This document shows positions 9,657-17,454 of a stretch of DNA of 31,940 bases, in pieces (within the stretch, counting starts at the first letter, position 1; each line of letters opens with the position of its first letter). The stretch covers positions 1 to 31,940 of IMG/VR virus record IMGVR_UViG_3300042997_001098; one strand, given 5' to 3'. Source of the stretch: a virus (taxonomy: Duplodnaviria > Caudoviricetes). The notes under the pieces are model-generated. The model did not search any database. It was given only the letters and a program-made list of their open reading frames with translations, and was not told where the DNA came from. Both the position numbers and the translations under genes were made by a program.

Positions 9657-9874
9657 ATGGGTAGTCGTGAAGATTTAGGTATCATATTCAACTCTTCAGC
9701 AACGAGGGCTAGTTTTGCTTTTAGCTCCTTATTGACTAGAGTTGACGCTAGTTCAATTTCCATACCAGTCATGTTGCAATACTCGATGATTGCTTCCATG
9801 TAGTTATAGCTAGTTACTTCAACAAGAGCTTCAATCTCTTGTTGGAACTTGTGCATTTCGTCTTTTGTTGGCAT
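9653..9874 (-). CDS. gp33: Late-promoter transcription coactivator gp33
   Basis: 'YMEAIIEYC...G.EIE....L....LK.KL...AEELN' ending in 'LPI'. Confidence 0.9.
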   Translation of the reverse strand: MPTKDEMHKFQQEIEALVEVTSYNYMEAIIEYCNMTGMEIELASTLVNKELKAKLALVAEELNMIPKSSRLPI

Positions 9875-10146
9875 TACTTGACGATGGTTTCATACAGTTG
9901 TTCAAACTGCTCATGTGTTGCGACTTCTTCATCATAGTTCTGTTTGTGATAAACTTTGATCATGCGATTGATGATGCGCTTAGGCAACTTCAAGTCTTCA
10001 CACACTTTAGAAACAGCTTCTTTGATGAAGTCTTTTTCTCCGCCGATGCGAATCATGGAGTTGGAACATTCCTGAATTGCATCTAGCAATTTCTTGCGAT
10101 CAGCTTCACTGGAAATTTGATTGATTGAAAATTGTTGTACAGCCAT
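9874..10146 (-). CDS. dsbA: T4 DsbA-like double-stranded DNA-binding protein
   Basis: Start reassigned to MAVQQF after a GGAG Shine-Dalgarno. Has 'ECSNSM.RI..EKD.IKE' and 'VYHKQN..EE....E.FE.LY', upstream of gp33 as in T4. Confidence 0.8.
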   Translation of the reverse strand: MAVQQFSINQISSEADRKKLLDAIQECSNSMIRIGGEKDFIKEAVSKVCEDLKLPKRIINRMIKVYHKQNYDEEVATHEQFEQLYETIVK

Positions 10147-10156
10147 AATATACTCC

Positions 10157-11308
10157 TTAAATAAAACCCATTTTGCTACCAACCTTACGATTGGTATTGT
10201 TCTCAAGTTGCTTGTTGAAGATTTCTGCGATACTGTAAGTGCCGCTTGCTTTCTTGTCGTATGTTGTGCCAAGTTTGTCTGCAAGTTTTGATGCTTGCTC
10301 AACATTCAATGGCGCAAAATTCAAAATGTCAAAACAACGACCTGGGCGAACCAGCGCAGGATCAACATCACGAATGGACGGCAAGTTTGTTGAGAAAATC
10401 AACTTCTTACCCTTTGTTGTCACAAGACCATCACCAACGTTTAAGAAGCGGTGCATCATGGTGTTACCATCGCTACGTGCTTTCAAAAAGTTGTCAGAGT
10501 CTTCCAACACCATAACACCAGTTTCATCTTCAATGAATCTAGCGAACAGATAATCTTTTTCAAGAATGGCCGCATCATATGTTACGATTGCGGATGAATT
10601 GCTGTGTGCAAGTAGACCACGAATGAATGTTGTCTTACCTGTACCTGGTGGTCCAATCAACAACAAAATGTTTGCTTGTGATGCTAAGAAACGATCATAG
10701 TATGCCGCAAGTGTTTCTTCACCTAAGAATGGATACATTTCTTGCACAGGTAAACGCTCGGTGTTCAATGGAACGTTTACTGAATTACCATCACTTGAAT
10801 ATACCCACTCAATATATGATGTAACGATTTCAAAGTTTTGCTTCAAGAGAGTTTCAATCTCTTTATTGAAATCTGCATCACCATACATACGGGCCGTGAT
10901 GGAATTTGCGCTTACATCATATCTAATGAAATTTTCATCATCGGTTATGATTAAACCATTAGTCTCAGACAACTCAATGATGTGATCGCCGTCAAACTCA
11001 GATTCAATAAACTCCGTCCACTTGCTACGATTGCCGTGCAATTTCAAGTCGCGGTTGAATGTTGACTTGTTCTTTTCACCACGCGCAACCAGAAGTTGGG
11101 AGTAGAGATAATCGCCGTAGTCGCTGGCTCCGATAAAGATTTTTTCGCTGCTCATAATATTTGAAGGTGTTTCCAGTGAATCCCAAGTCCAGCCATTGAA
11201 ATGACGCTTTTTTCTAATGCGTTTCGCTCTTGGGCGATATGTTATAGGTGGTCTTTGACCACCATCATTTCGCAATTCATTGATTAGTTGTTGTACACTT
11301 TTGCTCAT
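10157..11308 (-). CDS. AAA+ ATPase
   Basis: Walker A GPPGTGKT, Walker B VMVLED, SRH 'STN....DVDPALVRPGRCFD', C-terminal 'MGF'. Confidence 0.9.
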   Translation of the reverse strand: MSKSVQQLINELRNDGGQRPPITYRPRAKRIRKKRHFNGWTWDSLETPSNIMSSEKIFIGASDYGDYLYSQLLVARGEKNKSTFNRDLKLHGNRSKWTEFIESEFDGDHIIELSETNGLIITDDENFIRYDVSANSITARMYGDADFNKEIETLLKQNFEIVTSYIEWVYSSDGNSVNVPLNTERLPVQEMYPFLGEETLAAYYDRFLASQANILLLIGPPGTGKTTFIRGLLAHSNSSAIVTYDAAILEKDYLFARFIEDETGVMVLEDSDNFLKARSDGNTMMHRFLNVGDGLVTTKGKKLIFSTNLPSIRDVDPALVRPGRCFDILNFAPLNVEQASKLADKLGTTYDKKASGTYSIAEIFNKQLENNTNRKVGSKMGFI

Positions 11309-11535
11309 TTTCTAACTGCGGCATACGTGATGCAAATTGCACCAGGATGAGTTTCATAAGAGCACTTCACTGCAAGTGGATCCATTCCTTTTGTAATTGC
11401 AGCTTCAATGTTCTTGGCCATGTTGTTGCGATCATTCATGTTATATACAGTGATACCTGCAATGAATGCAACTACAACAATAGCAGCACAAACAATCATA
11501 GTAATAAAATCAAAATTTTTAGTTGACTCGCTCAT
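11305..11535 (-). CDS. Small membrane protein, hypothetical
   Basis: One hydrophobic helix. ATGA overlaps with both neighbours. Confidence 0.75.
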   Translation of the reverse strand: MSESTKNFDFITMIVCAAIVVVAFIAGITVYNMNDRNNMAKNIEAAITKGMDPLAVKCSYETHPGAICITYAAVRK

Positions 11536-12089
11536 ATAAACTCCTTATTTCTGTCAATATTATCTCGCTTGCTTCGGTAGAAGATGTGACGACCAATTTT
11601 GTCAATCTTCTCCAATTTCCAGCCAGGGCTTACATAGTCTGCATGGTAGTATGTTGCACCAGATGTAACATCTTCCATACGCTCAAAGTTGATGATAACA
11701 TGCATCGCCAACTCTCTAATCTCATTATACAACGGAGTAGACTTGATTGTCAACCGTCTGTCGGTAAACTTGGAGTCACAATACCATGAGAATTGGCATG
11801 TGCCGCCAGTCTTTTGGAATACAACACCACAAATATCATTTGCATAATTACCAGATTGTACTCTGTTGATTGTTACGAATGCTACAGCTTTTTTGCCATT
11901 ATGTGGCTCATGTGCTGCCTCAAAATAAATATTTTCCGCTAAACAAGTGACTTGTCTCTGAACATCTTTTGTTAGAGAATCATAACTTGGTTTGAATGGC
12001 AGGATGCCATGAAGATCAATATTAATCAGACTGAAAAATACGATCATTGCGGAAAGTGTAATGCTAAAAAGTATTGGTGTACTTCGCAT
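11532..12089 (-). CDS. SleB-like cell-wall hydrolase (Hydrolase_2) with N-terminal anchor
   Basis: 'CLAENIYFEA', 'AVA.VT.NRV', 'ICGVV.Q', 'CQFSWYC', 'GATYYHA.YV.P.W' and 'IGRHIFY'. AGGAG precedes the ATG at 12089. Confidence 0.9.
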   Translation of the reverse strand: MRSTPILFSITLSAMIVFFSLINIDLHGILPFKPSYDSLTKDVQRQVTCLAENIYFEAAHEPHNGKKAVAFVTINRVQSGNYANDICGVVFQKTGGTCQFSWYCDSKFTDRRLTIKSTPLYNEIRELAMHVIINFERMEDVTSGATYYHADYVSPGWKLEKIDKIGRHIFYRSKRDNIDRNKEFI

Positions 12090-12185
12090 TGTTTCTCCTC
12101 TTAATTGTTGCAAAATTTACTAAATAAAGGTGTAGGTCGCGAGATTGCCGTCTCCACCCACTCTAACATAAAGGTCTATGTCAGC

Positions 12186-12650
12186 ATGAATAATTCAAAG
12201 TCTTTTTACGTGTATGCTTATCTCCGAGAAGATGGAACTCCCTATTACATAGGAAAGGGTTGCGGCTTACGGATGTATAATAAACACTCCTTCAAATTGC
12301 CCAATGACAAGAATTTAATAATTCTTGTGGAATCTAATCTATCAGAACTAGGTGCATTCGCCATAGAACGTAGGTTGATCAGATGGTACGGCAGAAAAGA
12401 TAATAACACAGGAATACTTCTCAATCAAACTGATGGTGGAGAAGGAAACTCCGGAGCTATCAGAACACCGCAACACAGACAAAAAATAAGTAAGTCTATG
12501 ATAGGTAACAGCAGAGCCAAAGGACATAAACGTCCAGGAACTAAGCCCGAGTTAAACAAACACAAAATCTACATGACATGTCTGTGCTGTAAGCGACAAT
12601 TTAATATTGGCAATTACACAAGACACCAAAAAAGTAGATTGTTTGGTTGA
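12186..12650 (+). mobile_element. Free-standing GIY-YIG homing endonuclease
   Basis: 'FYVYAYLR.DGTPYYIGKG.G.R', 'A.A.E..LI..YGR', 'L.N.TDGGEG', NUMOD3-like 'HRQKISKSM.G' and a C-terminal CxxC..H. Opposite orientation to its neighbours. Confidence 0.88.
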
Positions 12651-12947
12651 TAAGGAACAATCTACAAATCCCCATTCGTCTTAACCGTTTAAGCGGCTAG
12701 AGCGAAGCGGCTATCATTAGCTGCATTTACTTTGATTTAGTTTTTACACCTACTCTGGTGAGTTGTCCACTTCTGTACTTGTTGCCCTGTCGAATAGCTG
12801 AGTACACCCCCATCAAAAGCACTTCCCGATTTACATTCCCCCGAATACATCATTTCTGGTTCGGCTAATACGCAAATGCTTTTGGTGGAGGTGGGGGGAT
12901 TTGCACCCCCGTCCAGAACACTTTTCTAGTTGCTTCATACAACCATA
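12634..12947 (-). ncRNA. ssrA: Circularly permuted (two-piece) tmRNA
   Basis: The acceptor piece comes first (T-arm GGGGG-TGCAAAT-CCCCC, then CACCTCC-A-CCA ending at 12883). An intervening segment follows, then the coding piece starting GGGGGTG at 12811 (G3.U70 pair). Tag ORF 12724-12689 reads AANDSRFALAA*. The outer ends are approximate. Confidence 0.93.
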
Positions 12948-12953
12948 ACTACT

Positions 12954-12982
12954 ATTATAGAGGTTTTTTATTTAGGTGGCAA
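12954..12982 (-). promoter_or_regulatory. tmRNA promoter (sigma70-type, with an embedded late-like TAAATA)
   Basis: TTGCCA-17 nt-TATAAT. The spacer contains CTAAATA. Confidence 0.8.
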
Positions 12983-13035
12983 GAGATGTTTTGGTGATGA
13001 AAGTGGTGGTCACTTGCAAAAAATATATTTGGCAT
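12955..13035 (-). pseudogene. N-terminal fragment of a calcineurin-like metallophosphoesterase
   Basis: MPNIFFASDHHFHHQNI matches phosphoesterase motif I (SDxHF.H.NI), then runs into the tmRNA promoter and stops after 26 aa. Confidence 0.7.
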
Positions 13036-13210
13036 TAGACACCCCTTTCTTGAGTTTCCAGCCCTTATGTTGTGCAGTTTCTCCACGGATTACAGCATAT
13101 AGGTGGTCAGAGTTTAAATTATGTTGTTTTGCGAATTGGTTTCTATTAGAACAGGCATATTCTATACCTTCTGGAGACACAAGCACTGCGTTAGTTTGAT
13201 GGTGCTGTCG
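13010..13210 (-). pseudogene. C-terminal DNA-binding fragment of a homing endonuclease
   Basis: Frame without an ATG: AVLVSPEGIEYACSNRNQFAKQHNLNSDHLYAVIRGETAQHKGWKL. The 'SP.G....N...F.K.HNL....HKGW' pattern is typical of such C-termini. Confidence 0.6.
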
Positions 13211-13233
13211 CGGTTAAGAAAGGCGTATGGCAT

Positions 13234-14052
13234 TTAGTTGTTACCAGTGAACACATACTCGACGACCCTTCCGTAGGATTTTGTTGAGTACCCAAATACT
13301 GTCGAACGATACTCAAAACCCAGCGTCACCAATTCTTGCTCGAAGTCCTCTGGAAGGGCAATTGCGCCTGTGTCGCTTTGAACTGTCGAGCCGGTAAGTT
13401 GCCTTGTGGCAAGGTTGTATTTTTCCAGCACTGTGGTGCCTTCAATCTCGCCAGTCCGAACTAAGTAATACTCAGATGGGTGGCCTGTTTGCAGGTCAAA
13501 AGAGGCCCAACGAACGGACTCACCATCAACCACCAATTCTGGCTCAAGCTCATACCACTCAACAACCTCGGAATCACGCACCTTAACCAAGTATAGGGAT
13601 TCACCTAGAACAAAAGAAAACAGGTGTGCCCAATTCGCGCCCGCCGTAATGTTAAAGACCGAGCATTTGTAACCGACACGCAGCGCAGCAAACCCATCCT
13701 TGAGTTCTTGCACCGCTTGTTCACTGCTAATTGCCTGCAACCCGGCCTTGACCCTAAAGAACTGAAAAGCTGCAAGCCAGTCGTCTAGCATTTGCAGTTC
13801 ACGAATTGGTCGCATATCACCTCCGTGAATCGCACGCACCATATCACACCAAGCCGCGCCACCAGCGGATTCGATTGCGGCTTGGATCATGCCGTCTTGG
13901 GTTAGTTCGGCCAAGGAGCACGGCAAGTCAGTAATTCCAGCCCCAATCGAGGCGCGTTGGCCGTCGGAAAGCGCAAATAACCAATGAACCTGAATGTTGG
14001 CCCCAGCAGGCTCGACTCGGCTGACCTGAAAGCGAAGTTCTGGCGTACTCAT
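13234..14052 (-). CDS. Hypothetical protein, GC-rich foreign origin
   Basis: 272-aa ORF with an ATGA overlap with the upstream gene. Visibly more GC-rich than the flanks. Confidence 0.75.
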   Translation of the reverse strand: MSTPELRFQVSRVEPAGANIQVHWLFALSDGQRASIGAGITDLPCSLAELTQDGMIQAAIESAGGAAWCDMVRAIHGGDMRPIRELQMLDDWLAAFQFFRVKAGLQAISSEQAVQELKDGFAALRVGYKCSVFNITAGANWAHLFSFVLGESLYLVKVRDSEVVEWYELEPELVVDGESVRWASFDLQTGHPSEYYLVRTGEIEGTTVLEKYNLATRQLTGSTVQSDTGAIALPEDFEQELVTLGFEYRSTVFGYSTKSYGRVVEYVFTGNN

Positions 14053-14492
14053 GGTTTTTCGGCTCCATAAAACTGAGATAGGGAAATCGCGCCGCTGCTT
14101 GGGATTCCTGTGTTGATTTGCGGGATTACTATCCGGTAGACCCTGTATGAGGTAGTAGTTATACCGTAGCTAGATGTTCCGAGGACATATTCGGCTCGAT
14201 AGTAAGTAGTATTTCCGACAGTAACAGAAGTGGCGCCTACGGTGGTAGTCGCGACAGCGGAGGAGCTATACCAGTAAACTGAAACCCCCGATGGAGATAC
14301 TTCGCGCCACTCAAGGTTGCTCACATAGCCGCCGTGACTTGACCCAGTTGCTGGCTCCCTAACACTCGTCCCCGTTGCCGGAATGAATGCCCCGGCGCGA
14401 TAATAGTTGGTAATCGGGGCTGGAGTCCCGCCCCCAAACATTGTGCGAATGTCGTTGATGGATATAGCCCCAGATGATTGAAGAAATGGCAT
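14049..14492 (-). CDS. Tail-fibre tip/adhesin-like protein
   Basis: 'LQSSGAISINDI...FGG..P..I..YYR' N-terminus and 'IPSSGAISLSQFYG' C-terminus, around a Thr/Ser/Tyr-rich insert. Confidence 0.65.
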   Translation of the reverse strand: MPFLQSSGAISINDIRTMFGGGTPAPITNYYRAGAFIPATGTSVREPATGSSHGGYVSNLEWREVSPSGVSVYWYSSSAVATTTVGATSVTVGNTTYYRAEYVLGTSSYGITTTSYRVYRIVIPQINTGIPSSGAISLSQFYGAEKP

Positions 14493-14493
14493 T

Positions 14494-14652
14494 TCAGACC
14501 CCCAGTCTTTGTTTCAAGGCAACAACCTCACGGGCAGCGCCAAACAACGTGCGGACTGCGGCATCGTTCATAGTGATCGTCGCCGTGGCTGATAAGCCCA
14601 ACTCGACGTTGACCTGAGAGAGCGAAATCGAACCGGATGATGGTAATGGCAT
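14494..14652 (-). pseudogene. Chimeric tail-fibre fragment ORF (52 aa)
   Basis: MPLPSSGSISLSQVNVELGLSATATITMNDAAVRTLFG (adhesin-type start, paralogous to the next gene) joined to AAREVVALKQRLGV* (resembles a tail-fibre chaperone coiled-coil end). Confidence 0.55.
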
Positions 14653-14742
14653 GGCTTATCCTTTCAAAGCGGCTAATCGGGCCTTGAGGAAATCAGAAGG
14701 CATAGTGTTTTCTCCAAAATCATATTTATTTTTGTATTACTG

Positions 14743-14750
14743 TATTTATA
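14743..14750 (-). promoter_or_regulatory. T4-type late promoter driving the island genes
   Basis: TATAAATA on the minus strand, a second ATAAATA about 20 nt downstream, then GGAG and an ATG at 14703. Confidence 0.7.
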
Positions 14751-14806
14751 TGAACAAAATAGTTGTGTCCAACAACACTGCTGTGTTGGTGAATTTTGCT
14801 GAACAC

Positions 14807-14953
14807 TTATCTATTGTTTCTATAAAAAGAAATGTGTTCTATCAGTGTATTTATATGATCTTCGGTCTTCTCAACAAATACCAGGGGTTCCTCATTTTCC
14901 ACCGCCATGATGATAACAATCTGCTCAATACCAACACCTACATGTTCCTCATA
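14807..14953 (-). pseudogene. Orphan C-terminal fragment of a second exonuclease allele
   Basis: YEEHVGVGIEQIVIIMAVENEEPLVFVEKTEDHINTL aligns by eye with FTELTDKPLDQIVVLVGTEEGPGQIFIESADKYHTEL of the adjacent exonuclease. Confidence 0.7.
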
Positions 14954-14967
14954 CAACCATAGCATGT

Positions 14968-14996
14968 AGTATAACACTACAATTACGAAATGTCAA
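14968..14996 (-). promoter_or_regulatory. Sigma70-type promoter
   Basis: TTGACA-17 nt-TATACT, followed by the same TATGGTTGTATGA that begins the tmRNA transcript. Confidence 0.8.
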
Positions 14997-15667
14997 CCAA
15001 CTTTTCGGTAATGCTTGTCAACATATTTTTGTAGTTCAGTATGGTATTTATCTGCACTTTCAATGAAGATTTGACCAGGACCCTCTTCGGTGCCAACCAA
15101 AACAACAATCTGATCCAATGGCTTATCAGTCAACTCAGTGAACATTCTCGCGTATGCGGTACACTGCATGAAATAATTACCAATGTTATTCTTGTCTTTT
15201 TGTTTGGTTGACGATTTGAAATCAATGATGGATAACACTCCATCCCACTCAGCGATACAGTCAACACGCCCAGCAAGTTTCAGATTGTCAGAGTAGAGAG
15301 CTTGCTCCAGCGCATAGATTTTACCCATTCTGGTATCAATGTGTGGCTTTATCTTGTAAAACAACTCTTTTGTCGTTGGAAGCATACTAGCAAGTTTCAT
15401 GCTAGTCATTTCGTTCAACAAATATTTTTCACACACAGTATGCAGTTTTGTGCCACGACTTGATGCGAGGCGAGAAACGCGATTAGCTTCCTCTGCACCA
15501 ACACGTTCTCTCCACTCAAAGAATGCTTTCTTATTGTAGTCGGAGAGAACAGTTGTTACGGATGCATACTTGAATCCAGAAGGTGTGACGTAAACCCTAC
15601 CTGAGTCGGTAGTCACAGCAGTCATATCAAAATCCAACTCAGGTAGTTTTACGAATTCAAACATCAA
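14993..15667 (-). CDS. PD-(D/E)XK exonuclease (Cas4-like family of T4-like phages)
   Basis: 'R.Y.TP.G..Y.SVTTVL', 'RGT..H...E.YL', 'AGRVDCIAE.DG.LSIIDFKSS' and 'YFMQ..AYA'. Confidence 0.9.
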   Translation of the reverse strand: MMFEFVKLPELDFDMTAVTTDSGRVYVTPSGFKYASVTTVLSDYNKKAFFEWRERVGAEEANRVSRLASSRGTKLHTVCEKYLLNEMTSMKLASMLPTTKELFYKIKPHIDTRMGKIYALEQALYSDNLKLAGRVDCIAEWDGVLSIIDFKSSTKQKDKNNIGNYFMQCTAYARMFTELTDKPLDQIVVLVGTEEGPGQIFIESADKYHTELQKYVDKHYRKVG

Positions 15668-16413
15668 TCAATACCATCTTCATAATCAAGTTTAGCGAGA
15701 ATATAATCTTTCACAAGAGAACTTCTAACAATGTCCTCAGGTGTAAATTCTATCTTAGTGAATGCTGACATACGTACAGCAATGTCAAAAAATTTCAAGA
15801 TACCACTCATGTCATTTTTCTTTTTGTTTAGATCAGTTTGGCGATAGTCACCACACCAAATAATCTTTGAGCGATAACCAACACGGGTCATAACTGTGTC
15901 AATTTCTTCAAATGTCAAGTTTTGCATTTCGTCCACAATGATGATTGCATCATCAAAACTCATGCCGCGAATAAATGACGTTGAAATGAAATCGATATAT
16001 CCTTGTTCTTCAAGGCGCTGATATGCGTCTTTTCTTCCGAACAGTGTATCACAAATTTGTACATACGGCTGTGAATAGATTTCCATCTTTTCCGTAACGT
16101 CACCTGGCAAGTGACCTATCTCACGACCTTGTACAGCGGAACGCACAATGATGATTTTCTTGAATGGATTACTCTTATCCAAGACCTCTTCAAGTGCTTT
16201 ATATACTGCGCAAAATGTTTTTCCAGTTCCTGCAACACCATGCAGGGCCACAAAGTAGTCACCTCTTTTATAGGCATCAAAAAATAATTTTTGATTATCT
16301 GTTAATGGATCAAATGTTTTTAGATCATCAATTCTCACCTTGAGTGAATTTGTTGTGCGTGGCACAGTTTCTTCAAGGTTGATTTTGGTGTTTGCTGGTT
16401 TCTTGCTTGCCAT
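15664..16413 (-). CDS. phoH: PhoH-like ATPase
   Basis: 'G.AGTGKT', 'IGHLPGD..EK', 'FIRG.SFD..IIIVDE.QN', 'GD..Q.DL' and 'DIVRS.LVK'. Confidence 0.95.
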   Translation of the reverse strand: MASKKPANTKINLEETVPRTTNSLKVRIDDLKTFDPLTDNQKLFFDAYKRGDYFVALHGVAGTGKTFCAVYKALEEVLDKSNPFKKIIIVRSAVQGREIGHLPGDVTEKMEIYSQPYVQICDTLFGRKDAYQRLEEQGYIDFISTSFIRGMSFDDAIIIVDEMQNLTFEEIDTVMTRVGYRSKIIWCGDYRQTDLNKKKNDMSGILKFFDIAVRMSAFTKIEFTPEDIVRSSLVKDYILAKLDYEDGID

Positions 16414-16421
16414 TGATACCC

Positions 16422-16739
16422 TTATTGTTTTACGCCAGTCACTTTCTCCACATGCTTCTTTACAACCTGATCGCTTCTGGCTTGTTTTATGGATTTTTTT
16501 CCGTATCTGTCCGCCACCGAACTTGCTGGATGTGCTTCGGCAACTTTAGATAGGACTTCTTTGAAACCGTCTGGTACACGGTTCTGGGTGGAGGTTGATA
16601 CGCCCGACACGATTGCGGGCGCAGTCAACACAGGTTGAATCTCGGGATTGGCTTTTAGGAATTCTTCACGTTCAGATATTTTCATGAACTTTTCAAATTC
16701 TTCACCACTGTCAGTGTCTAAGAAATTATATGTAGGCAT
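16422..16739 (-). CDS. Conserved phage protein (FmdB-like N-terminus)
   Basis: 'MPTYNF....GE.FE..M.ISE...FL..NP' and 'DGFKEVL.K....HP.S'. Confidence 0.75.
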   Translation of the reverse strand: MPTYNFLDTDSGEEFEKFMKISEREEFLKANPEIQPVLTAPAIVSGVSTSTQNRVPDGFKEVLSKVAEAHPASSVADRYGKKSIKQARSDQVVKKHVEKVTGVKQ

Positions 16740-16748
16740 CTTATATGT

Positions 16749-17285
16749 TTATATAGTCAAATACCATTCTGGGACCGGACGTTTTTTCCAGTTGGCCAAA
16801 TGTGGCTTATTCTGTATGTAGTATCGGCGATAAGACGCAATAGAATCACCAGGCACTTTTACATCATCAGGCATTGCTGGTGTTGGCTCAGTGAATGGTT
16901 TCTGTGGAATATTTTTAGGCAGTTTAGCAAGATGCATTTCTAAACGGGAAGTTGCATGTGTTTTGCCATACCGATGTGTGTATTCAGTCATCAATGCTTG
17001 AAACAAACCGAATAGCCAATCATAATTTTTGTCAGATTGTCTTACCCATACCGATGAGGGATGATTGATATGAGTGGCAGAATATAGGATAGAATCATCG
17101 CTGGGTAAAACATATCGAGTTTGTTTTCTACCCGTCTTAGACTTACCAATAACAATATCACCATCAAGCACACGGTGGGCAGTAGAAAGTAGTTGAGCAT
17201 ATTCGAGAATCATTTTTACGGTGTGTTTGTCATTGTGCATTTCCGCACATTTGACCACATCGTGGTGTAGGTAAAAAATATTCAT
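16749..17285 (-). CDS. Pyrimidine-dimer DNA glycosylase (DenV-like) family protein
   Basis: 'MNIFYL....CA..H.DKH.VKMILEYAQLLSTAH', 'TH.NHPS..W.R', 'EYT.RYGK.H' and 'YR.YY'. Confidence 0.75.
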   Translation of the reverse strand: MNIFYLHHDVVKCAEMHNDKHTVKMILEYAQLLSTAHRVLDGDIVIGKSKTGRKQTRYVLPSDDSILYSATHINHPSSVWVRQSDKNYDWLFGLFQALMTEYTHRYGKTHATSRLEMHLAKLPKNIPQKPFTEPTPAMPDDVKVPGDSIASYRRYYIQNKPHLANWKKRPVPEWYLTI

Positions 17286-17440
17286 TAGTTATTCCAGTGG
17301 CGAATTACGCCAGCAACAATAAAAAAGTTTGTGATGATGTAGCATAACACAATTGCCGTGCGAATGCAAGCAATTTTATCAGATTCTGTATCTGTGTTAC
17401 CGGCTTTTTCGCCAAGAGCTTTAGCCCATAGTCTCCACAT
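17285..17440 (-). CDS. Small conserved membrane protein (51 aa)
   Basis: Not in the ORF track. MWRLWAKALGEKAG...ITNFFIVAGVIRHWNN with a GGAG SD, coupled to the next ATG. Confidence 0.75.
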   Translation of the reverse strand: MWRLWAKALGEKAGNTDTESDKIACIRTAIVLCYIITNFFIVAGVIRHWNN

Positions 17441-17454
17441 TCAATACTCCATAA

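Noticed and set aside
9874-10305. 143-aa version of the dsbA ORF
   Set aside because: The extension overlaps the AAA ATPase 3' end. A good SD supports the start at 10146.
12105-12185. N-terminal extension of the GIY-YIG ORF
   Set aside because: It begins at a TTG upstream of the late promoter and covers the structured leader. The ATG at 12186 fits the domain start.
12186-12650. Group I intron around the endonuclease
   Set aside because: The flanking genes are intact, the ORF is antisense to them, and there is no room for an intron core.
12930-13199. 89-aa plus-strand ORF
   Set aside because: It is antisense to the tmRNA promoter and to recognisable minus-strand fragments, and has no motif.
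14754-14800. Hairpin CAACAC-TGCT-GTGTTG with an outer AT-rich stem as an ncRNA
   Set aside because: It is short and directly follows the exonuclease-fragment stop. More simply a terminator or processing remnant; the evidence is insufficient.
14651-14962. 103-aa plus-strand ORF
   Set aside because: It is a shadow of the minus-strand exonuclease fragment and late promoters.
14700-15667. CRISPR array or Cas system near the Cas4-like exonuclease
   Set aside because: No regularly spaced repeats and no other cas genes were seen. TGTATTTATATGA occurs twice, but it corresponds to late-promoter boxes.
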